The notes below the pieces were generated by a model. The model had not been told where the DNA came from. It ran no database searches and saw nothing but the letters and a program-made list of their open reading frames with translations. 64,000 nucleotides of DNA from an uncultured Gammaproteobacteria bacterium (lineage in GTDB: Bacteria > Pseudomonadota > Gammaproteobacteria > UBA9214): contig CAWHCQ010000012.1 of assembly GCA_963827755.1 (NCBI GenBank), positions 32,001 to 96,000 of the forward strand, in the 5' to 3' direction. The position numbers and the translations under genes are program-made. The stretch's first letter is position 1, and each line of letters opens with the position of its first letter. Shown piece by piece: positions 43,756-52,723 of this stretch.

Positions 43756-44268
43756 ATGAAACGCCGTGACTACAGAAAACATCCGCCGCGCAATCAAAAG
43801 GGTGCGGCCCTGATGGTCAGCCTGGTCTTTCTGGTAATCATGACCATCATCGGCATCGCCTCCATGAACACCGCTGTCATGGAAAACCTGATGGCGGCCA
43901 ACAGCCAGTTCCAGGTCAGCTCGCTGGCAAATGCAGAATTTATCCTCGGTTCGGCGGAAGATGATATCGAGACCATAGTTTCAGATGCGAACGCCCTGGC
44001 GTTCGAGACCAGTGATGATCACTACTACCTGGCTGATGATGTCGATCCTGCAGTTAATGACTGGACCTTCAAGCATGCCACTACAACGCTGGGCAGTTAC
44101 GTCATCGAGTATGCGGGCAAACATCCGATTCCCGGCGAGTCCGCCGAAATGGGTGCAGGCACTGCCGGCTCCTTTGTATACCTGTTTCTGGTCAGTGCAC
44201 AGAACGTGACGAGTAAAGGCGCCAGGCGCAACGTCCAGACGGTTTATGTGACAGAGAATGCTCCCTGA
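43756..44268 (+). CDS. pilX: type IV pilus minor pilin PilX
   Basis: QKGAALMVSLVFL pilin-like N-terminus lacking Glu5, in the expected position. Confidence 0.85.
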   Translation: MKRRDYRKHPPRNQKGAALMVSLVFLVIMTIIGIASMNTAVMENLMAANSQFQVSSLANAEFILGSAEDDIETIVSDANALAFETSDDHYYLADDVDPAVNDWTFKHATTTLGSYVIEYAGKHPIPGESAEMGAGTAGSFVYLFLVSAQNVTSKGARRNVQTVYVTENAP

Positions 44269-44287
44269 GCATGAAGAGAGGAATATT

Positions 44288-47200
44288 ATGAAAACTTTTA
44301 CATCTTCGGTTCGACATCTTGTCATTGCGATCAGCACGGGGCTTATTGCCGTTGGCGTGTTTGCGGCCGCCAGCTTCTTCCCCGACACCCAGCCGACCTG
44401 GAGCCCGGCTTCATTTACACTCAAGTCAACTGACCTGAGTGCGGGTGCCACCAAGGCCTATCGCCCCTGGTTCGAAAACGGCGCCTGGCAGGGCAATGTG
44501 ATTGAATACAACGTCGCCATGAATGGCACACGTACCCTCGGCAGCTGGACGGCCCGTGACACCTTTGCCGCCAAAGAGGCCGCCGTTGTTGACTACTGGA
44601 AGGCCACTGCCGTGGACGGCGGCCGCAAGATCATTACGGGTGACGGCGACGATACCCAGCTGGCCTTCCGCTGGGATACGCTTACCAACACCCAGCGCGA
44701 GTTGCTCGACCCGGAGATCTCGGCCGATTACGACCCGCTCGATGCTACCAGCTGGGACAGCCCGAAACTGAACTATGTCCGCGGCGACCGCAGCAACGAA
44801 AAACCCGATGGCCTGCTGCGCAAGCGCTACAGCCTGCTGGGTGACATCATCAATTCCCGGCCTGTCTATGTGGGCGCCCCGGAAAGTAATTACACCCTGC
44901 CCGGCTATGCCGCCTACAAGAATAGCAATATCAGCCGGGCCGGACGGGTCTATATCGGTGCCAACGACGGCATGGTGCATGCCTTCGATGCCAGCGATGG
45001 TCACGAGGTCTATGGCTATGTACCCTCCATGCTGATGTACAAGCTGGGCAACCTGTCACGCAATCCCTACTTTCACAATTACTATGCCGACGGGGAGATG
45101 GTGGCCGCCGATGCGATGGTCAACGGCACCTGGAAGACGGTGCTGGCCGGCGGACTCGGCGCCGGCGGCCTTGGCCTGTTCGTGCTTGATGTGAGCAACC
45201 CGGATCTCAGCGACGAAACATCGGCCAGCGGCACCGATAAAAAGGTGCTCTACGAGGATACCGGGGATATTTTCGGTGAAAAACATCTCGGCAATATATA
45301 CGGCCGGCCGAGGATCGCCCTGTTGCCGGACGACAAATGGTACGTGGTAACCGGTAATGGCTTCGGCTCGGATAATGGCGAAGCCGAGCTCTATATGCTC
45401 AAACTCAAGGACGGCGGCAAGAGCGTCATAAAGACCGGCGTCAAGCCCGGCAACGGCCTGGCGGCCCCGGCCCTGGTGGATGAGGACAACGACGGCGTGG
45501 CGGAACTTGCCTACGCCGGTGACCTGCTGGGCAACCTGTGGAAATTCGATCTCGACGGAAAGGATGCCTACAAGCTGTTTGCGGCCGGGGTCGACAAGCC
45601 GATCACCACGGCCCCCGATATCGCGCGCCATCCCATGGGCGGACACCTGGTCTATTTCGGTACCGGCAGCGTGCTCAGTGCCGTCGATCACGACAACATC
45701 GACCAGCAGAGCGTCTATGCCATCTGGGACAAGCACGGACAGACCACGGCAGTCAGCGCGGCCGACCTGCGCACCCAGACACTCACCGAGGCAACGCATC
45801 CGGACGGCGTCCGGGTACGGGTCGCCACGGCCAATGCCATCGACTGGAGTACCCACGCCGGCTGGCAGGTGGATTTGCCGGGTGAGGGCGAGCGAGTCAA
45901 GGGCCATCCGCAATTGCGCGGCGGACGCCTGCAGTTTGTCAGCGATAACCCCGAGGGCGAAAGCTGGATGATTGAACTCAACTGGCTCACCGGCGGCGAT
46001 TCCAACAAGGTCTTTTTCGATCTCAATGGCAACAATGCCCTGGATACGGGTGACAATGTCACGGTGGGCCTCGAGGTGAAGACCGCGGTAGCCCGTTACC
46101 TGGGTGACAGTACCTACTCCCAGCCCACCTTTGCGCGTGTCGCGAGCGGCAAGGATATTATATTCATCAATGGCCTGACCCTGCCCGAATCACTCGAGCC
46201 GGTGGTGGTCGGTGACGTGGTCGGCGGTGTGCAGGGCGGTCACTTCGACGTCGATACCGATCTCGAGCTGGGTGACAGCACGGATGATCACACCCATGAA
46301 TACGATGATAAGTTCAACACCACGGTCGTGGATTATTATGCCATGGGAGATGGACACACCGGGGTCAATGATGCCGGGATACCCACCGACAAGAAATTTG
46401 TGGTGGTTCTGTCCAACTCGGACCTCTCACCCGGCGGCGATGCTGACCATCAAGAACAAGTCCTGGAACGTGGTCGACTACCAGGAGATGGTGCAGCAGA
46501 GACTCGAGGACTGGGACGGCGTCTCGCCCCTGCTGGATTACGACGGGGATGACCTGACCTATACACTGAATGAGATCACTGCCGCGTCGGGTACCGTCAA
46601 GATTGCCTTCAACGACCGCGCCATCCTCGATGGCGGCCTGATCGGTACCTCGACCGGCTGCATCAAGGGCAACAACGCCTGGGAAGAGACCGGCCGCTAC
46701 CGCGGCGGGGCGCTGATCATGCACCTGCTCGACTACAGCCAGCTCCAGGCGGGTGATGCCGCGAGCAATATCTGGGTTGCGCAGGATCCGGTCGACCTGG
46801 TCCCGGGTATGCAGGGCGGCGGTCTACTCGGCAATTTCGATGATCCTTCCGGCTTCCTGTTTGAATCGACCATCTTCTGGCACTACGACGGCGCCTGCTA
46901 CGGTGATGAGGAGTGGGCAGCGGATTTCGCCGAGGCAACCGCGACCTACGGCATCGACGAGTTGAGCGCCCTGTTCCCCAATTATGCCGCCAACGCGGAA
47001 ACGGCCAATGTACTGCTGACCCAGCTGTTCAGCGTCGAGTGCGAGGACGGCAAGGGCCTGGAATGCGACGGGGAAGATGTCTTCAAGGACATCGTAGAGT
47101 CCCTGAAGGATCTGCTGGATGATGACTGGAAGGAATTCGAGAAGATCCTCGATCGGATCAAGATCGAATACGAATCAACCAGTATCACCAAGCCGAGCAC

Positions 47201-47303
47201 CGGCACGCCCGGCGATGTGCTGGATGCCTCGCAGGACCTGACACCGGCGCTGGGCCCCAACTTCGGCAGTGGCCGGCGCAGCTGGATCGACATGCACGAG
47301 TAA
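44288..47303 (+). CDS. pilY1: PilY1/PilC-family pilus adhesin (frameshift near 46439)
   Basis: LGDIINS.P, GANDGMVHAF, D.DNDG...LAYAGDLLGNLWKFD and YFGTG, ending GRRSWID. Confidence 0.85.
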
Positions 47304-47389
47304 TGCCAGCGCCGGCGGCGCCCGCCCGGGTGTCGCCGGTCAGCAGGCGAATACTGTATGTGGTTAACGTTATTTAAATGGAAACGATT

Positions 47390-47803
47390 ATGAACAGACA
47401 GCCAGCCGGACAGCGTGGATTTACGCTCATTGAACTGATGATCGTGGTGGTCATTATGGCGATCATCGCCGCCATCGCCTTGCCCTCCTACCAGGAGCAT
47501 ATGCGCAAGACACGGCGCTCGGAGGCCAAGTCACACCTCCTGGACCTGGCCAACCGCATGGAACGCTATTACGCCAACCAGAACAGCTACACGGGTGCGA
47601 CTGTCGCCGCCCTGATGGGCAGCACCAGCAGCGAGCATGGTTATTACACCCTGAGCATCGATCCCCTGGCGGCTGAAACCTACACCCTCAAGGCCGCCCC
47701 GGCGGCAGTGCAGAGCAGCGACAAGTGCGGGACCTTTACCTACAGCTCAAGCGGCACCCACGGCGTATCGGGCGGTTCGCTGAACGCCGATGCTTGCTGG
47801 TAG
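47390..47803 (+). CDS. pilE: type IV minor pilin PilE
   Basis: RGFTLIELMIVV..AIA.PSY, RRSEAK, DKCG and a terminal CW. Confidence 0.9.
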   Translation: MNRQPAGQRGFTLIELMIVVVIMAIIAAIALPSYQEHMRKTRRSEAKSHLLDLANRMERYYANQNSYTGATVAALMGSTSSEHGYYTLSIDPLAAETYTLKAAPAAVQSSDKCGTFTYSSSGTHGVSGGSLNADACW

Positions 47804-47830
47804 TGGCCGGCCCGTTTAATTCAGGCAAAT

Positions 47831-47860
47831 AAAAAAGGCACCCTTGCAGGTGCCTTTTTT
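47831..47860. terminator. bidirectional intrinsic terminator
   Basis: AAAAAAGGCACC-cttgca-GGTGCCTTTTTT between convergent genes. Confidence 0.9.
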
Positions 47861-47982
47861 AACACAATCCAGGCAGGCCGGAGCCAAAAATTGTGGTGAT
47901 GTTCAAACGTGTTTCTCGTGATCAATCATGCAAATATACCGGAGGCCGGGGTGTGGTTTGCACCGGGATGCAGGAGCGTTGC

Positions 47983-49377
47983 TTATGCGCAGTCGCCGAA
48001 GCCGAGGATTCGGAAGAAGCTGTTGCGTTCGCACTCGGTGCTGGTATCGGCCTTGTCCATGAACAGGATCCAGACCGCCCCCTTTTCGATGCCCAGGGTC
48101 TTGTCGAACGGTGCGCCGACGGCCAGGTCGGGCGCACGTCTGCGGTCAAGGTTGCCGATGCCGGCTACGGCGGCGCCAAACCGGTCACCGCTGTTCAGCG
48201 TGGCACCGAGCAGGCCCGTGTTGCGGGAAATCTTCTGCAACTGGTTCACGGTGCCGTCGCGCTTCATGAACAGCAGCCAGACGGCGCCGCTGTCTATGGC
48301 GCCATCGTCGTCAAAGGGTGCGCCCACGGCCAGGTCGATGACGCCGTCGAGGTTGATATCGCCGGCATTGGCGAGCGCCTCCCCGAAGCGGTCACCGCCG
48401 TTCAGCGTGGCGGCCAGTCCGCCTTCGGCCGCGGAAATTTTCTGTTCAGTCGAAACCGCACCGTCCGGGCGCAGGAACAGGACCCAGGCGGCACCGTGTT
48501 CGGTTGCACCGTCGTCGTCGCCGGGTGCGCCCACGGCGATGTCCACGACATTATCCAGGTTCAGGTCGCCCAGGTTGGCGAGTGCGCGGCCAAAGTTGTC
48601 GCCGCCAGTGAGGACGCCGTCAAGGCGGCCGCTCTCCATGGAGATCTTCTGCTCGGTCAGGACCGTGCCGTCGGCGTTCATGAACAGAATCCACACGGCC
48701 CCGGCGTCGCTGGCAGCGTCATCGTCCAGCGGTGCGCCGACCGCGAGGTCGGTTATGCCGTCGCCGTTCAGGTCACCGAGCGCCGTGATGGCGGCGCCAA
48801 ACTGGTCCCCGTTGTCGAGCCTGCCATCGAAGTTACCCTCGAGGCTCGAGATTTTCTGCTCGTCGCGCACCGTGCCGTCCTGCCGCAGGAACAGTATCCA
48901 CACCGCGCCGCGATCGGTGCCGCCGTCATCGTCCAGCGGGGCCCCGATGGCCGCGTCGAGGACGCCGTCGCCATTGAGGTCGCCGATGCCGGCGACGGCG
49001 CTGCCGAAGCGGTCGCCATCATTCAGGCTGCCGTTGAAGTCGCCATCGCTGGCCGAAATTCTGGTCTCCGTGTCAACGCTGCCGTCGGTGTCCATGAACA
49101 GAATCCAGGCCGCACCGCGCCCGGGGCCGCCGTCGTTGTCCATGGGTGCACCGACCAGCAGATCCACTACCCCATCGACTTCCAGATCGCCCAGGATCGC
49201 GACTGCGTACCCGAATTCGGTGTTGTCCTGCAGTATGCCGTTGAAATTCCCTTCAGATTCAGAGACCTTCTGTTCTGAATCGACATTGATGGTAATGATG
49301 GGGTCGTCAAGGTCACAACCCGCCACGCTGCCTGTCAGGGCGACTGCAAGCACCAGTCTGGTGAGAAACCTGCTCAT
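47983..49377 (-). CDS. integrin-alpha/FG-GAP repeat lipoprotein
   Basis: Lipobox VAGC and six 69-aa repeats of FG.A...GDL..DG..D..VGAP..D.....GA.W.LF. Confidence 0.88.
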   Translation of the reverse strand: MSRFLTRLVLAVALTGSVAGCDLDDPIITINVDSEQKVSESEGNFNGILQDNTEFGYAVAILGDLEVDGVVDLLVGAPMDNDGGPGRGAAWILFMDTDGSVDTETRISASDGDFNGSLNDGDRFGSAVAGIGDLNGDGVLDAAIGAPLDDDGGTDRGAVWILFLRQDGTVRDEQKISSLEGNFDGRLDNGDQFGAAITALGDLNGDGITDLAVGAPLDDDAASDAGAVWILFMNADGTVLTEQKISMESGRLDGVLTGGDNFGRALANLGDLNLDNVVDIAVGAPGDDDGATEHGAAWVLFLRPDGAVSTEQKISAAEGGLAATLNGGDRFGEALANAGDINLDGVIDLAVGAPFDDDGAIDSGAVWLLFMKRDGTVNQLQKISRNTGLLGATLNSGDRFGAAVAGIGNLDRRRAPDLAVGAPFDKTLGIEKGAVWILFMDKADTSTECERNSFFRILGFGDCA

Positions 49378-49492
49378 ACTGTCAAGTATAGCCTTCCGCA
49401 GCATCAGGATGAAGCTCATACGGATCCAGTTTATGATGAGGCAAATGCCCCATGACTCAGCATAGGAAGCAGGCGTTATATCTTTGATCTAT

Positions 49493-49627
49493 CGGGTAAG
49501 TTGATGTGGTGAGGCTCTATTACCGCGATAGCGGTTTAGTCCATCGACCCTAAGGAAGTACAGCCTCTTGTATTGTATGTCCGAGATTGCGGGGCGAAAG
49601 CTGACGTTCGCTTCCAGCGGATACCCG
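49493..49627 (+). ncRNA. candidate structured RNA directly upstream of an RT-like gene fragment
   Basis: Nested complementary segments: CGGGTA/TACCCG closing stem, GAGGCT/AGCCTC, ACCGC-gata-GCGGT and GGC-GAAA-GCT. Confidence 0.5.
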
Positions 49628-49640
49628 CCATAATCCCCCT

Positions 49641-49742
49641 ATGCTATTCACCGAAACCCAACTGGATGACGCCTACGCCTGGTTGTGCCACCGGTGCCGT
49701 CGCTTCCCGCCCAATGCCGATATGTGGCATCTGCGCTGCCGA
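49641..49742 (+). pseudogene. N-terminal fragment of a group II-like reverse transcriptase family protein
   Basis: LDDAYAWLCHRCRRFPPNADMWHLR resembles the recalled AY.WLC..R...P.NAD.WHLR N-terminus of small proteobacterial RTs. No YxDD core is present. Confidence 0.55.
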
Positions 49743-49808
49743 TCAGTACACAGAGTACGATCGGCAGAAGATGCGAGCGGAGCCCCATGTGAGACTCCGC
49801 TTGATCAG

Positions 49809-50792
49809 TTACGGGTTACACAGCGAGCCAACGGGGCTCGGTCCTGGTAGCTGGAAGAACAGGCCCTTGAACAGGTTCAGATCCGTGAAATCCACCGGAC
49901 CGCCCGTGCTGTTCAGATCGTGCAGCGGGCTGCTCGTGAAGAAGTTCCCCTTGAACAGAGTGAGGTCCGTGAAGTCCACCGCTCCACAGGTCTGGTTGAA
50001 GTCACCGTCACAGATATTACCGTGACCGTCTGCATCGGTGTCTTCCTGGAGTGAGTTCGCCACGTTGATGCAGTTATCGGTGAGGTCACTGACTCCATCT
50101 GCATCCGCATCCGCAGCCATAATGATCGTAAGCTGATAAGGCCCCGTTGTTTCAGCCTCAAGTGATAAAAAAAAGGTCGAATCTGGTGTTGCGCCAAGAA
50201 CCTCTGTCCCGCTTTGCAGGGGAAACTGCGTAATACCTGACTGAACCGGAGACAGCGCAGTCGGTTCATTCCTGTTATCTGATACCACGACATAATAGGT
50301 GCCCGGGTCAAGCACAAGACCGGCTAGTAATGAATCATAAGCGCCATTCGGATAAGAGCCGGGATCTTCCGGGAAATCGCTGTCATCACTATAGGCAAGC
50401 AGTCTTCCATCCGAAGAAAAGACCGAAAGCAAACCGTCCAAACCCTCATCGACATCGAAGCAGAGCGTGGGGTCTGTCCCTGGTGGGCAAACATCGTCAG
50501 CGAAATCAATGTCAAAGATAATATCACTTGTGGCTGTTAAAACTATCTTGTAAAAGTCGATATCTGTTAGAGAAGATATTTCACCATCCACAGTTACGCT
50601 ATCGCCAATACCCAGGTCGGGGGGGCTAAGTGCCTGTGCATTAGGCAGAGTATCATTGCCCCCGGGACCTTCATCTTCAACGAAACAATCCGGACCGGTT
50701 GTGCAAGGGAGGGTGGGGGCAGCAGATGCAATTTGAGCAATTGCCAGCATCCCTGCAAATAATGCAAATGATAGAATTTTTTTGTTCTTCAT
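49809..50792 (-). CDS. secreted protein with a PPC/DVUA0089-like domain and a thrombospondin-3 plus dockerin-like C-terminus
   Basis: Signal peptide MKNKKILSF...ASA, DIDFYK, AYSDDS and L.PGTYYVVVS. The tail has DADGVSD..DNC...AN..QEDTDADGHGN.CD and a duplicated VDFTDL.LFKG. Confidence 0.8.
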   Translation of the reverse strand: MKNKKILSFALFAGMLAIAQIASAAPTLPCTTGPDCFVEDEGPGGNDTLPNAQALSPPDLGIGDSVTVDGEISSLTDIDFYKIVLTATSDIIFDIDFADDVCPPGTDPTLCFDVDEGLDGLLSVFSSDGRLLAYSDDSDFPEDPGSYPNGAYDSLLAGLVLDPGTYYVVVSDNRNEPTALSPVQSGITQFPLQSGTEVLGATPDSTFFLSLEAETTGPYQLTIIMAADADADGVSDLTDNCINVANSLQEDTDADGHGNICDGDFNQTCGAVDFTDLTLFKGNFFTSSPLHDLNSTGGPVDFTDLNLFKGLFFQLPGPSPVGSLCNP

Positions 50793-51110
50793 ATGTAGCC
50801 CCTGGAGATAGTGCAAAATATCTGGATTAACTTGCGTTATATATTGTTCCACAATTAATGCGATCATAACCTGCAATATTTGTGCCAGACTTAGTGGCTC
50901 AATTATACCAACTATATAGTGGCAGGCCAAGTGAAAACGTGGACAATAATGTAAGGGTTACCAGAAAAATGTCTGGAATACCTTACACTTTAACCTGGGA
51001 TAACCCGTTAGCCCTCCCGTTCAAACCAGCCCGCAACAAAGGCTGTCCGGGCACATTTGACTCTGAATACAGGTGTAAAAAGTGTTCGGACACCTGTTTT
51101 CCCGAAAGTA

Positions 51111-51374
51111 CCAGCGGTAAACCGCATTCGGATAGACCGAACGACAGCCGGCATCCCGTTTCGACCTTTGATTTCCATGTGCAGGAATACCACCGGCATC
51201 CTTGATCATGCGCGCCATATGCATGAGGTTCCAGGTCATAAAAGTCGTGTTGAGATTCGTTAAATCGTTCTCCGGCCCGCCGGAGTCGAGGTCCGGGTAC
51301 GAAGGGCCCGGTCCTGCTTCAATCAGCCAGGTGGCATCGGCCTGCGGTGGAATAACCTAACCAGGATGCTGCAG
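51111..51374 (-). pseudogene. C-terminal remnant of a flavodoxin/NAD(P)H-dependent FMN reductase family gene
   Basis: LQHPG*VIPPQADATWLIEAGPGPSY..SGGPEND.TN.NTTFMTWNLMH.A...KDAGGIPAHGNQRS, with an in-frame TAG at 51357-51359 and no 5' half. Confidence 0.78.
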
Positions 51375-51431
51375 CTACAAGTTGACGAAGCAAAGAAAAG
51401 CGTCTCGCCGTCAGGCAAAACCTGAACCCGG

Positions 51432-52702
51432 CTAGCCTTCCTTCTCCTGAAGAATTCCGGTCTCGCCCTCCAGCCGGCCAATCAGAACAGCCCCGCAGGA
51501 ATCACTGAATACATTCACACTGGTCCTCATCATATCGAGAATGCGATCAACGGCGAGAATCAGGCCGACGGCCTCGACCGGCAGACCAATCGCACTCAGG
51601 ATGATTGTAATGGCGACCAGGCTGGCCGCCGGGATACCGGCCACGCCGATGGATGTCAGCAAGGCCACCAGTACGACCGTGAACTGCGTGGCCAGCGTCA
51701 GCTCAAGGCCATAGGCCTGGGCAATAAACATGGCCGCCACGCATTCGTAAAGGGCGGTGCCGTCCATGTTGACGGTGGCCCCCAGCGGCAGCACGAAGCT
51801 GCTGGTACGGTTGGAAACCCCGGCATTCACGGTCACGCATTCCATGGTGACCGGCAAGGTCGCCGATGAGGACGCCGTGGAAAACGAGGTCAGCAAGGCG
51901 GGCAGCATGGCACGGTAGTGCCTGAGCGGGCTTGACCTTGCCAACCAGTACAAGCAGCAGCGGCAAGACAATCAGGAAATGTGCTGCCAGTGCCAGCAGC
52001 GACGGTGAGGAAAAATGCCAGCAGTGGTGCAAGTGCGGCAAACCCGGTTGATGCCACGACCTTGGCTACCAGCGCAAATACACCAATGGGTGCAAACAGC
52101 ATGACCCATTCCGTGATTCTCATCATCACGTCAAACACGCCCTGCCACAGGTCTTTCAAGACCGTCCCGCCAGGGCCGGAAAGTCGCGACATAAAATAAC
52201 CGAATAACAGGCTGAAAAAGATCAGCCCCAGCATCTGTCCCTCGGCGGCAGCGGCAACGATATTGGTCGGGACCATGCGCAGGAATATTTCAACAACATC
52301 TTCAATGCCGCGGCCCGACACCTGCTCTGCAACAAAACCATCGTCCACAGACTGGGGCAGAATTTCCCTGGCGGGCTCACCGTCCACTATCCCGGGCGCA
52401 ATAATATTCACCATCAGCATGCCGACCAGGATCGCAAACAGGCTGGTCGTCAGGTAATAGAGAAGTGTCTTGCCACCAAGCCGTCCCATGGCACCACTTG
52501 CACCAATGCCGGCTATGCCGGTGATGATAGAAGACATGATCAGGGGAACGATGAGCATCTTCAGGGCATTGAGGAATAATGTGCCCAGGAAGGTATAGAT
52601 ATCAAAAAAACGGATGCCGAGGAAAGCGGCATCCGTCCCCGTTACAAGGCCGATGATAACGGCCAGAGCCAACGCAATCAGGATCTGCCAGTGCAGCTTC
52701 AT
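51432..52702 (-). CDS. dicarboxylate/amino acid:cation symporter (frameshift near 52000)
   Basis: [21 protein letters not shown] and [13 protein letters not shown] motifs, split over two frames. Confidence 0.9.
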
Positions 52703-52723
52703 TATAAACCCGTGCCCAGGCTA

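Noticed and set aside
47893-49465. Two long plus-strand ORFs (461 and 518 aa) overlapping the FG-GAP gene
   Set aside because: They are antisense shadows of a GC-rich repetitive gene. Their periodicity mirrors the 207-nt repeat and they have no independent motifs.
49420-50930. Diversity-generating retroelement acting on the neighbouring surface proteins
   Set aside because: I found no template/variable repeat pair differing at adenines and no avd-like gene, and the RT is only a short fragment.
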